A stretch of DNA of 64,000 nt from Chloroflexota bacterium (GTDB taxonomy: Bacteria; Chloroflexota; UBA11872; VXOZ01): assembly GCA_964291655.2 (NCBI GenBank), contig OZ219802.1, positions 1,952,001 to 2,016,000 on the forward strand, read 5' to 3'. A program made the position numbers and the translations under genes. Numbering within the stretch: the stretch's first letter is position 1; every line of letters begins with the position of its first letter. The notes under the pieces were generated by a model, which saw only the letters and a program-made list of their open reading frames with translations, searched no databases and was not told the DNA's origin. Positions 1 through 9,431 of this stretch are shown here, one piece after another.

Positions 1-429
1 GATCCCCTTGGTTTCGTACTCGTTTTCGGTGGGTTGCACCTTCCGGTAGCGTCCCAGGACGTGGCCTTGCCTGCCGTAGAACGTCGCTTGGTTGTACAGG
101 TCTGCGCCGTCTCGGGTCAGGTTGTTTGAGACCACAGTAACGTTGTGGCGCGCGGCGAACTCCAGGAAGCGCTCCGCAACCGGACCATCTTCCGTCATGG
201 CGAGTTCAAGCGCCCCGGCGAAGCGCGCCTCCGGTTCGCTCCGCTCCTGAATGTGCCGCCACTCCATGCACCCCATGGTCTCGAACATTTCCGGTAGGAG
301 GATCACGTCGGGTTTGTCTTCCAACGCCGCTTCCAGGTAGCGAAACGCCTGATCGTAGCGAGCGGCCTGGGTAGCCGCTTCGCTGCCGAGAAGATAGGAA
401 ATGGTAGAAACTCTCACGCGCCGCGCCAT
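1..429 (-). CDS. Carbon-nitrogen hydrolase (nitrilase superfamily), 3' end runs off the window
   Basis: Manual translation from ATG at 429: MARRVRVSTISY...KPDVILLPEMF...LYNQATFYGRQGHVLGRYRKVQPT. Contains the LPE and YRK catalytic motifs. Confidence 0.85.
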   Translation of the reverse strand, partial: MARRVRVSTISYLLGSEAATQAARYDQAFRYLEAALEDKPDVILLPEMFETMGCMEWRHIQERSEPEARFAGALELAMTEDGPVAERFLEFAARHNVTVVSNNLTRDGADLYNQATFYGRQGHVLGRYRKVQPTENEYETKGI

Positions 430-755
430 GGCTGCCTCACTTTCTCAAGTTTTTGGGTTCTATCGTTTGCCAATGCTCTTGCAGCTTCTACCTTCCCCGG
501 GGAGGACTTTGCAAAAACCCTCGTCGGAACGCAAGAGCGACCCACTCTCCTAAAGGCTTTCCCCTGCTCCTAAGACTTTCTCCTTCTCCCTGGGAGGCCT
601 TTGCGTACCTAGAACCTGAGGGAAATGTATTACTCCCTCTCCTCGGTGAGAGGGCCGGGGTGAGGGGAAACTTCGCCAATTCTTCCCAGTCCCGCCAGTT
701 TGGTCGGGCTTATCCGCAGTCCCCAGCCACGTGAAATCCGTGGCGCAACGGTCGC

Positions 756-1550
756 CTAGAGTACCGCGAGGTGGGCGTCCTGCAGGTCCGTCAGGAACAT
801 GTGACCCGCCGCGTGGGTGATCATCAGGGGCGGTTTGCTGGCCAGCGCCACTGCCTGCGGGGTGACGCCGCAGGCCCAGAAGACAGGCACTTCGCCGTCG
901 TGCACGTCGGTGCGCGCCCCCCACTGCGGGTTGTCGAGGTCCGTGATGCCGATTTCCCCCGGGTCGCCGATATGTACCGGCGCGCCGTGGACGCCTGGAA
1001 AGCGCGAGGTCGTCTGTACCGCGCGCACGACCTGCGTGTGGTGGATCGGGCGCATGCTCACTACCAGCGGCCCGGAAAAGGCTCCCGCAGGCGTCGTGTC
1101 TCGATTGGTCACGTACACGGGCACGTCGTTGCCCGCCTGCAAGTGGCGGAGCGGAATGCCGGCGGCGAGCATGGCGGATTCGAAACTAAAGCTGCACCCG
1201 AGCAGGAACGAGACGAAATCATCCTGCCAACGGTCCGCGATATCTGTGACTTCAGCCGCGAGCTCGCCGTTCTCATAGATGCGGTAGCGGGGCACGTCGG
1301 TGCGAATGTCCGCGCCGGGCGCCGTCTCACAGGGTTCAAAGGAGCCCGGTTCCATGACCTCCAAGACCGGGCACGGCTGGGAATTGCGCTGGCAGAAGAG
1401 GAGAAAGTCAAACGCCAGATCTTTAGGCACAATGGCAAGATTCGCCTGCACGTAGCCTGGCGCCAGGCCCTCCGTCGTGGTCTGCCACTCTCCGGCGCGT
1501 ATGATCTCCCGTAACGCGTGCGGCTGTTTCGGTAACGCTACTCTATCCAT
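756..1550 (-). CDS. DUF1445 / D-glutamate cyclase-like putative hydro-lyase
   Basis: Motifs QANLAIVP, FCQRNSQPCP, DIRTDVPRY, LGCSFSFE, FWACGVTPQ, THAAGHM. Start placed at MDRVALPK. Confidence 0.9.
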   Translation of the reverse strand: MDRVALPKQPHALREIIRAGEWQTTTEGLAPGYVQANLAIVPKDLAFDFLLFCQRNSQPCPVLEVMEPGSFEPCETAPGADIRTDVPRYRIYENGELAAEVTDIADRWQDDFVSFLLGCSFSFESAMLAAGIPLRHLQAGNDVPVYVTNRDTTPAGAFSGPLVVSMRPIHHTQVVRAVQTTSRFPGVHGAPVHIGDPGEIGITDLDNPQWGARTDVHDGEVPVFWACGVTPQAVALASKPPLMITHAAGHMFLTDLQDAHLAVL

Positions 1551-1705
1551 GTTCTGTTTCCTTACCTCGCGATTTTCAGCAGCCTTACGGCAAAGTTTAC
1601 TGGAGTCCTTTCGGATGCAGTGTAGCAGAACCATGCGGCCGGAGGTCTACGGCATTCGTAGAGCTAGACTTGCTAGCTTCGCAGGGCTGCGTTCTGTGTC
1701 ATTCC

Positions 1706-1973
1706 TGTAAGTGTTGACTATTTCGTTGACCGAATCCTCTACCCAATTGGCAGTGTTGACAGATCATGTCATTCCGAGCGAAGCGTCGAACCCTGTTCGC
1801 GGAATCTAGGGCCCATGCAACGTGTCGCCCGATAGGCTCAACATCTTAGATTCCGCGCTCCGAGCGACTCTTCGCTGCGCTCCGTTCGGAATGACATATG
1901 TACTGTTCATGTAGAGTACTGCGTTCAGCTGCTCTTGTTCTCAAATCTGTCAACGAATTACCTGACACTTACA
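1706..1973. mobile_element. MITE family A, copy 1 (TGT...ACA ends, internal inverted REP pair)
   Basis: Ends TGTAAGTGTTGAC.. and ..CCTGACACTTACA. Similar to the copies at 10267, 26840, 42485, 53634 and 59410. Confidence 0.85.
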
Positions 1974-2109
1974 AGAATGACAGATTGAGGAACAGATTCA
2001 GACGCGAGTACGTTCGGCACTTCGCAAACCTGCACGATGTAAGTCCAAACCCACCAATCCCGGAAGTCCTTTTACCTATGCCCGTCAGCGCCAAGCACTC
2101 TCGTCTGCA

Positions 2110-2763
2110 TCAAACCTCGCTTGCGCTCCACTCCTGCAGCACGTCAATGGCCGTGAGCAACGACTCGCATGCGGCATCGGCTGCCGCGATCGTTGTTTCG
2201 CCTTCCGGCACGGCAATACACCGCATGCCGGCCGCTTTCGCCGACCTCACGCCGCGGGGGCTATCTTCCAGCGCCACACACTCGCCCGGCTTCACTCCCA
2301 GCCGCGCCGCCGCCAGCAGATAGAGCGCCGGGTCCGGCTTACCCTCTACGACCTCATCTCCTGTTGCTACTGCCTGGAAGTAGGAGCGGATACCTAGCAC
2401 CTCGAGCACCACGTCAATGTAGACCTTGTCTCCGGATGAGGCCGACCCGCAGCGCCATCCCCGGTCGCGCACCCACTCCAGGGCCTCCCGCAGCCCGGGC
2501 TTCGGCCCCAGCCGTTCTCGGATAAGCGCGATCAGGATTGCGTGGTAGCGGTCCAGCATCTCCTCCGGCTCTGCCGCGAACCGGCCCCGCGCATGGTGCA
2601 GCCGGAAGATATCGATGCTGCGCTTCCCCAGGCTCTCTGCCGCGTCGGTAGGATAGGTTGGAAATCCGCACTCGCGGCCGAGCTCATGCCATGCGGCGCG
2701 GTGGAGCGGTTCGCTGTCTGCCATGAGACCGTCTACGTCGAAGATGACGCCAGCAATATTCAT
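2110..2763 (-). CDS. HAD-superfamily phosphatase (beta-PGM/CbbY-like)
   Basis: FDVDGL motif I, GKPDP, LEDSPRG. Start at MNIAGVIFD. Confidence 0.9.
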   Translation of the reverse strand: MNIAGVIFDVDGLMADSEPLHRAAWHELGRECGFPTYPTDAAESLGKRSIDIFRLHHARGRFAAEPEEMLDRYHAILIALIRERLGPKPGLREALEWVRDRGWRCGSASSGDKVYIDVVLEVLGIRSYFQAVATGDEVVEGKPDPALYLLAAARLGVKPGECVALEDSPRGVRSAKAAGMRCIAVPEGETTIAAADAACESLLTAIDVLQEWSASEV

Positions 2764-2770
2764 CGGCAGC

Positions 2771-3889
2771 CTAGAAGTGGTCAAGGTTCCACATGTACGG
2801 ATGTCCTCCTGGAAAGAGTATGTCGATAATAGCAACATCTTGCTCCGCAACACAGGACGGGAACTCCAAGCGCAACTCCCCAAGGCTGCGGTAGCCCATC
2901 AAGAGCTGCAATAGATTTTCCTGTGGCAGGTTAATTGTGATTGTGCGACCGGCGCCGATTTCCATCTCCGCCCGCTCGGCATCGCAGACGACTGCCACCT
3001 TGCCGACACTACCCTCCAATCCCGACGTTCGAACTCGTTCTTCCAAAGTCTCTTTGAGCGCCACGGCGAGGCCGTCCAGATTGACGATGCGGCCCATGCC
3101 TCCCTGATTGTGCGAGTACTCGATTTCCTGACGAAAGCCGATTGACCGCAAGACTGCCAACATCGGCGCATCCGGCGGCATCTCAAGGTCGATCCACTCC
3201 GCTCGCTGCCGGACTGCCTCAGTTGCAAGCGCTCGGATGAGACTTGAGCCGGCAGTTGCCGCAGTTATCCCAGGCGCCACGAACTCATACGGCCGTGTAT
3301 ACCACATGGACGCAGAGCGCCAACCGTGCTCACCCAAGGCGTATGCGACCGGTTTCCCATTCTCTTCTGCGACCAGAATGCGGCTCGGCTCTTGAAACCA
3401 CTCTTCCGTGGCATCGCGCCAGGGCAGGAATGCACTTTCTGAACGCTTGGCGGCCCCGCTTCGTCCGCGGGTCTCCTCATTGTAGATAGCCAGGAGAGCT
3501 TTCGAGTCAGCTTGCCCGGCTTCACGCACCGGCAACAACTCGCCTAATGCTTCAGCCGCTTGCGTTCTTACTCGTATGAGACTCTTCGCCGGCAGCACGG
3601 TTGCGTAGCCAATGCGGTGGTAGAAGCCAGGGATTCCAAAGAGAATCGAGACCAGATACCCTTCCCGGCACATATACGCAACGGCATCTTCCATGAGCCG
3701 CCGACCATAGCCTCTGCCACGGTGCGCGGGACTAACCCGGACGCTCGCCACTCCCCCCATGCGCAACCACGTTGATCCCAAGCGCATTTCCCGGTCCTCG
3801 ATGGTTAGCCGAGCTACCTCTACCCCGTCTACAACCAGAGCTAATTTCTGGCGATTTCCCTCTGGCGTAGACCGAAGTGACGTCTCCAT
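2771..3889 (-). CDS. Eis-like GNAT N-acetyltransferase
   Basis: GGVASVRVSPAHRGRGYGRRLM acetyl-CoA motif, GFYHRIGY. GGAGG RBS before METSLR. Confidence 0.85.
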   Translation of the reverse strand: METSLRSTPEGNRQKLALVVDGVEVARLTIEDREMRLGSTWLRMGGVASVRVSPAHRGRGYGRRLMEDAVAYMCREGYLVSILFGIPGFYHRIGYATVLPAKSLIRVRTQAAEALGELLPVREAGQADSKALLAIYNEETRGRSGAAKRSESAFLPWRDATEEWFQEPSRILVAEENGKPVAYALGEHGWRSASMWYTRPYEFVAPGITAATAGSSLIRALATEAVRQRAEWIDLEMPPDAPMLAVLRSIGFRQEIEYSHNQGGMGRIVNLDGLAVALKETLEERVRTSGLEGSVGKVAVVCDAERAEMEIGAGRTITINLPQENLLQLLMGYRSLGELRLEFPSCVAEQDVAIIDILFPGGHPYMWNLDHF

Positions 3890-4109
3890 GTAAGTCCTCC
3901 CAAACCTGTCCCGACCTGCACCGGCAGCAATCTCAGCGGGAACCTCTTGGGGCAGTGCTGTCTCATGCCGGCATGCTGAGGGCACACCATAATCCCTGCA
4001 CGCGGACCCCCTGCCGTATTGGACATTGCCCTTTGCTGTGCGAAGACATTTTACTCGCCTGGAAGCTAGGTTACTAGCGGGAGATTGACTTGGCTTCTGG
4101 CTGAGAAAA

Positions 4110-4480
4110 GTCAATTTAAAAGACTATAATCATAATCTTCATAAGGCCTGTTGAGAGTGGGGAAAAGGCCTGAAATCGCTGCGCTGGGGCGCTGCGGCAC
4201 GCAGGATAAGTTCATGGGAAAACAGTCTGAATTGCTGGGCAAAACTGCGAATCCAGGAGAGAGTATGGGGTATCTTTCGTAGGTGGGGAAAAGCCCCAAA
4301 CTTCTCCCCAAGGCTTAGCATGGCGCAGGGCGCGATTAGCGCCTTTTAACCGGAGATTGTCAGTGCTTAACTCACCAAACGGTCAAGTTGTTTGAAAGGC
4401 GGATTCTTAGCTCTAGACCTAGGATATCCCCATTTTGGCTAATTTATCCACTGGTTTAGGGCGAGTTATCCACAGCAGGG
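4110..4480 (-). other. Probable chromosomal replication origin (oriC)
   Basis: Minus strand reads TTTTCCCCA-CTCTCAACA-GGCC-T-TAT GAA GAT TAT GAT TAT-AGTCTTTTAAATT. Perfect TTATCCACA at 4466-4474. Near-consensus boxes at 4158, 4284, 4302, 4424 and 4444. Low-GC non-coding gap. Confidence 0.7.
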
Positions 4481-4551
4481 CGTTCTTGGGCGCTCATCGG
4501 CAAAGTACATTGGATTATGTAGAGGCAGTAGTCCACTTATGTCAGCTTTTT

Positions 4552-6564
4552 CTAATTGAGTGCTGAATTCGGAGTGGGGATTGCGGACTTTTCGAGTGAT
4601 TCTAGGTGGCGATACTTCTCTATATACGCATTGACGGTCATTACGACGGTAGCGTGGCTCCAGGTAAGCGGAGAGACGCTGAGAGGCGCGTTTGTAAAGG
4701 GATGAACCTGTTCGGCGAGACAGCCGCTCTCAAGGCGTCGCTGCTCGACCCAAAGCAGGATTTCCTTTGCAGGCTGCAGTTCCTCTAGAGAGGTGGCTTT
4801 CGCGATGTACCACTCCGCCAGCCAGAGGGTACAAATAAACCACGGGTTGCCAGGAACGACGGCAATATTGTTGCTGATTTGATGGTAGTAGTCGTTCTCG
4901 TACCGCGCGATGCCACCCACATCGGTCTTCACCCACAAGCGCTCCCGCACCGTCTCCATCATCTTAACCACCAGCGGATCGTCAGGTTCGAGCATGCCGA
5001 AATACCAGAGGGCGTAGGTCGCGCTGTCGATGGTCGTGTCATGGCGAACGGTACCGTCGGGCAGAGGCGTTACCATGCGTGAAAAGAGACCGGTGTCGGG
5101 GTTGATCATGTGCGTGAGAGCCGCTAGCTTAAGTTCCTCCGCGGTACGACGGTAACTATCGGTATAGGTGCTCTCGCCAAACGCCTCCGTAAAGTTAGCC
5201 GCTGCCTGGAGACCGGCATAGACGGTGGCTACCGTATGCGCGTGAACCCCGTGGCGTTCTTCCCAGAGATCGTACGACGGTACCGGCAGGCCGGTGGTAA
5301 GGTCGCGGTAGAGGCTCATGAACTGGGCAGCGGGCTTAATGAATGACGCATAGAACGGCTTTACAAACTCTACGTCCCAGTACTTCTCGAAGTGCTGCCA
5401 CAGCGCCCAGATAACCAGCGCGGTCTCGTCCTCCTGGATCGGGTGCTGGCGGGATCCGTCCGGCGCCGCCCAGGGATGCCAGGAGGAACCGACCGATCCA
5501 TCCGGATTATACTTGTGCATCATGTAGCCCTGGGGCGTGATGGTGCGCAAGCAGAAGCCGAAGAAGCGGCGCGAAATCTCGCCATAGCCGGCGCGGCTCA
5601 GCGCGTAGGCAACCAGCGCGCCGTCGCGCGGCCACATGTAGGAGTAGGTGTCGCGGCCGAACTGGGCAATGTCGTTGTCGTTGGCGGCCAGAATCGCGCC
5701 TTCGTGGTCCGTTTGGGTCTGGATCGTGAGGAGACTGCGATTGAAGAGCGCGCCAATTTCAGTCGGCAGATCGGCTAACGAAAAACCCTCTTTGCGCACC
5801 CAGTGCCGCCAGTATTCCTGCGTGCGGTAGAGCACCGCCGCGGGCCCCACCTGGCGGATGTGGCGCTCGATGTCTTCCACAGCCATAGCATCAGAGCCGA
5901 CTGCCATCCAGTAGTAGACGGTAGCGGATTCGCGCGCGGGAACGGTAACGCATATCGCGCCGGTACTATCCACAGAGCCTTGCGCGATGGGGTTTCCTTC
6001 CAGGCGGCCGTCCTCGGCATCGCGCCAGGTGCCTTCCAGCCCGCCAACGTTCTTGGTGCCGGTCGCGTATGAATCCAGGCCGATGTCGGTCCCACTCATC
6101 GCGTTCATCCAGAAGAAAGTCTTGCCCTTATAGTGAATAAGCGCACGGTGGCGCGGATCGTAATATGCCGTGTCCCCAATGCTGATACCGCCGAGAGAGA
6201 AGTTATGGTGGAAGAAGAGGCGCACCTCGCGCTCGGAATCCGCCTGGTTCTCCACGGTTATACGCCGCAGGAAGACATTCCGGCTATAGTCAACGGCATC
6301 GTTGAGGTTGAGCTTTACGCGGAGGCGGTCGTTCTGCGCCGTGACGTCGGTGACGAGCGTATCTTCCTTGTACCGCAGCGACTTCTGCCAGGACCGGTCG
6401 TGGATCCAAGCGAAAAGTCCATCCACCCAGACGCCGAATTGGAAAGGGTGCCCCTGTGCGTGGTCCTCTTGCCCGACGTGGGGGTAGTACACGTCACGGA
6501 TACGGTAATCGCTATCGAAGCAGACGAGCAGGCGGCCGTTTCCTACTGGTAAGTCACGTGGCAT
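4552..6564 (-). CDS. Glycoside hydrolase family 15 (glucoamylase-like)
   Basis: YSYMWPRDGA, QEDET, DLWEER, LAEQV and PLTWSHA motifs. 670 aa. Confidence 0.92.
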   Translation of the reverse strand: MPRDLPVGNGRLLVCFDSDYRIRDVYYPHVGQEDHAQGHPFQFGVWVDGLFAWIHDRSWQKSLRYKEDTLVTDVTAQNDRLRVKLNLNDAVDYSRNVFLRRITVENQADSEREVRLFFHHNFSLGGISIGDTAYYDPRHRALIHYKGKTFFWMNAMSGTDIGLDSYATGTKNVGGLEGTWRDAEDGRLEGNPIAQGSVDSTGAICVTVPARESATVYYWMAVGSDAMAVEDIERHIRQVGPAAVLYRTQEYWRHWVRKEGFSLADLPTEIGALFNRSLLTIQTQTDHEGAILAANDNDIAQFGRDTYSYMWPRDGALVAYALSRAGYGEISRRFFGFCLRTITPQGYMMHKYNPDGSVGSSWHPWAAPDGSRQHPIQEDETALVIWALWQHFEKYWDVEFVKPFYASFIKPAAQFMSLYRDLTTGLPVPSYDLWEERHGVHAHTVATVYAGLQAAANFTEAFGESTYTDSYRRTAEELKLAALTHMINPDTGLFSRMVTPLPDGTVRHDTTIDSATYALWYFGMLEPDDPLVVKMMETVRERLWVKTDVGGIARYENDYYHQISNNIAVVPGNPWFICTLWLAEWYIAKATSLEELQPAKEILLWVEQRRLESGCLAEQVHPFTNAPLSVSPLTWSHATVVMTVNAYIEKYRHLESLEKSAIPTPNSALN

Positions 6565-7042
6565 GTTCTACAGCCTAAGCAACAGATGATGTAGCGATAC
6601 CGACGAATCAAGGGTTTTCACGTAATGCCCGCGCGCCACCGTGAACGCGCCGGCAAACCCCCGCCGGGAATACGCGACTGCACCGGCGGTGAATTCGCAG
6701 AATTCGGTTAGAGCGACTCTTGCCGGGGTGTTCCCAGCCTGACGACTCCCATTGTACAGACCAATGCGCCACACGCAACCTTGGCGCGTCTGCAAACGAC
6801 CTGCAACCGAAATACCTCTTGCGCCATGCTATCATGGGATGGTGTTGCGTCTCGCCGGGGCTCATGGGGCGGCGCGAGACGAGGCGGGACGCGAAGAGGG
6901 CGACAGCCCTGCCTTCACCTGCGTATTCACGCAATCTACAGCCGTCGGAGCCTTGGCAGGCGGGCAGAGTGCTACTGGCAACGCAGGCTCAGCAGCCTGC
7001 AAGCGGGATACCCTCCGGGACAAGAGTACACGAAGAGAGAAC

Positions 7043-8482
7043 ATGAATACGAGCATGGAAGCGTCCGTGAGTGGTACAAGCGTAGTGCAAGATCTCGTAG
7101 ATGCGCCGGTTCTGCGCGCCCTGGCGGCGCATTTTGCGGAAGCCGGGTACGAGCTCTACCTGGTCGGCGGCTCGGTGCGGGACGCGCTGCTGCACCGCCC
7201 GACCCACGACCTGGACCTGGCTACCGATGCCCATCCTCCCGATATCAAGCGGCTGCTTGCGCTTGCGGGGCCGGACTCCCGTTACGACGTAGGGGAGAAG
7301 TTCGGCACCATCGGCGCGACCTTTGGCGAATGGGTGGTGGAAATAACGACCTACCGCAGCGAACAGTATGCTTTCGCCAGCCGCAAGCCCGCCGTTACCT
7401 TCGGCACGAACCTGGAGGACGACCTGTCGCGGCGCGACTTCACCATCAACGCGATTGCCCAGGAACCGGCTGCCGGCGGCATGCTCGATCCCTTTCACGG
7501 GCTACAGGACTTGCAGCGGGGACTCATCCGGGCCGTGGGAGATCCTGCGGAGCGCTTTCAGGAAGACCCGTTGCGCATGTTGCGGGCGGTGCGGTTTGCG
7601 GCTGAACTCGATTTTCGCATCGATCCGGCTACCCGCGAGGCACTGCAACAGCAGGCTGGCGCGCTGGAGCACGTGAGCACGGAACGTATCGCCGCCGAGA
7701 TGACCCGCATGCTCACGGCGGACCAAACAGTGGTTGGACTCGAAATCCTGTGCGACTCCGGCCTGGCGTCATACGTTATCCCCGAGCTGCTGCCGCTGCG
7801 CAGTACCGGCCAGGACGGGCGCCACAAGGACGTGTTCGGCCATACGCTCAAAGTCGTGGAGAACGTGCCCGCCACGCCGGTGCTGCGCTGGGCGGCGTTG
7901 CTGCACGACATCGGTAAGCCGAAGACGAAGACGGTGCAGGACGGCAAGGTGCACTTCTTCCGGCACGAGATGGTGGGCGCGCGCATGGCGCGACGCATTC
8001 TGCGGCGGTTGCGCTTTGACCGGGAAAGCAGCGAACGCATTCAACGTCTGGTGGCCGAACACCTGCGTCCAAACCTCTACACGCCGGAGTGGACCGACGG
8101 CGCGGTGCGCCGCTTCCTGCGGGAAACGGAAGGCGTCACGGACGATCTCTTCGCCCTCTCCCGCGCCGACATTACCAGCTACCGCCGCTCCCGCGTGGAA
8201 GCGGGCGTGGCGCGCGTCAACCACCTGGAGGCCCGCTGCCGCGAACTCCAGGCCCAGGAAGACGTGGCGCAACTAAGAAGCCCGCTGGACGGCAACGACC
8301 TCATGACCATGTTCGACCGCAGCCCGGGCCCGTGGATAAAGCCGATTAAAGACTATCTCCTGGAGCTTGTAATAGACGGCGAACTGGCGCAGGACGATAG
8401 AGAGACCGCTATCAGACTGGCGCAGGAGTTTGCAGAACATAATCGGGAAGAGCCTTCAGGGAAACCATCTGCTGCTCAATAG
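7043..8482 (+). CDS. cca: CCA tRNA nucleotidyltransferase with HD domain
   Basis: LYLVGGSVRD, DLDLAT, RRDFTINA, EDPLRMLRA, LLHDIGKP. Start placed at MNTSME. Confidence 0.9.
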   Translation: MNTSMEASVSGTSVVQDLVDAPVLRALAAHFAEAGYELYLVGGSVRDALLHRPTHDLDLATDAHPPDIKRLLALAGPDSRYDVGEKFGTIGATFGEWVVEITTYRSEQYAFASRKPAVTFGTNLEDDLSRRDFTINAIAQEPAAGGMLDPFHGLQDLQRGLIRAVGDPAERFQEDPLRMLRAVRFAAELDFRIDPATREALQQQAGALEHVSTERIAAEMTRMLTADQTVVGLEILCDSGLASYVIPELLPLRSTGQDGRHKDVFGHTLKVVENVPATPVLRWAALLHDIGKPKTKTVQDGKVHFFRHEMVGARMARRILRRLRFDRESSERIQRLVAEHLRPNLYTPEWTDGAVRRFLRETEGVTDDLFALSRADITSYRRSRVEAGVARVNHLEARCRELQAQEDVAQLRSPLDGNDLMTMFDRSPGPWIKPIKDYLLELVIDGELAQDDRETAIRLAQEFAEHNREEPSGKPSAAQ

Positions 8483-8536
8483 GACTTGGAGATTACACGC
8501 TCCCACTTGCGAGGCTGTCAAATTTCGCTAACCTCA

Positions 8537-8806
8537 ATGATCGATAGCAAAGAACATCGGGAGCTATTCAAAGCAATTGCTGCCCCTAAGATGATGTTCC
8601 GTAGTTTGACTGAAGACCCTCCGTTCGCCAAGGCAGAGCCAAGGACGCCAGGGCGCTTTCAATTGCCGGAGTCGGCCTTGATTGGCATGGCGTTCGACTA
8701 TTTGCTCCGAGCGCAAGTAGCCAGATGGAACGAGGTTTCCTGGGAACGAACGGTGCCTTGGGTTGCTACGCATGGGCTGGAATGCGTGTTAACCTCCTCC
8801 TTGTAA
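8537..8806 (+). pseudogene. Short or truncated hypothetical protein fragment
   Basis: Protein-like segment IGMAFDYLLR, then an early stop. Lower GC than the flanks. Confidence 0.35.
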
Positions 8807-8851
8807 AGAGATGACCAAGACCAATAGGTGCTCTCAGGGATAGGAATAAGT

Positions 8852-9067
8852 ATGGATAGTTCAGACAACAGTGAAGATGAACGGCGAGCGAGGCTAAGTG
8901 TACTGGCAGAGATGCGAGAGCCGTTTGAAGATGTATCTTCAGAGGAGATAGAACGCGAGGTGGCGCAAGCAATCGCAGAAGTACGGCGAGAGAAACGGTC
9001 TTTGGCAGGTGGGCAGCTTCAACGTTTAGGAACGGAGGAGCAACGTGGCGACGAAATCGAAAAGTAA
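8852..9067 (+). CDS. Small charged helical protein, resembles the C-terminal half of an antitoxin
   Basis: EMREPFEDVSSEEIEREVAQAIAEVRRE. Overlaps the start of the MNT gene. Confidence 0.45.
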   Translation: MDSSDNSEDERRARLSVLAEMREPFEDVSSEEIEREVAQAIAEVRREKRSLAGGQLQRLGTEEQRGDEIEK

Positions 9068-9356
9068 TCAGACTGCAGCCACAGTAGAAATCCAGGAGAA
9101 AATCCTGCCCGTTTTGCAGCGGCATGGCATTAAACGTGCGGGAATCTTTGGGTCTGTCGCCCGTGGTGAGGCTTCGCCGGAGAGTGACGTTGACGTTCTC
9201 GTGGAACTAGATCGGCAGGCGAGTTTGCTTGATTTCATTGGGATAAAGCTCGACCTGGAAGACGTGCTGGGGCGGTCCGTTGATCTTGTGGAGTATGCTG
9301 CCATAAAGCCGCGTCTGCGCGACCGAATGCTCTGCGAAGAGGTTCCGATTCTATGA
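9045..9356 (+). CDS. Minimal nucleotidyltransferase (MNT, MntA-like antitoxin)
   Basis: FGSVARG, SDVDVLVE, LEDVLGRSVDLV. GGAGGAG RBS before the GTG start. Confidence 0.9.
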   Translation: MATKSKSNQTAATVEIQEKILPVLQRHGIKRAGIFGSVARGEASPESDVDVLVELDRQASLLDFIGIKLDLEDVLGRSVDLVEYAAIKPRLRDRMLCEEVPIL

Positions 9357-9431
9357 GCAACGAACGGAGCGCCACGTCAGGGCAGCGACTCTAGCGCTGT
9401 TGCAGGAATACCGGATAGAAGAGTACTACCT

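Noticed and set aside
726-740. parS-like CACGTGAAA near the candidate origin
   Set aside because: Only half of the 16-bp parS palindrome matches.
6752-7042. 97-aa N-terminal extension of the CCA-adding enzyme
   Set aside because: No protein-like signal. The conserved domain begins after the ATG at 7043, which has a purine-rich leader.
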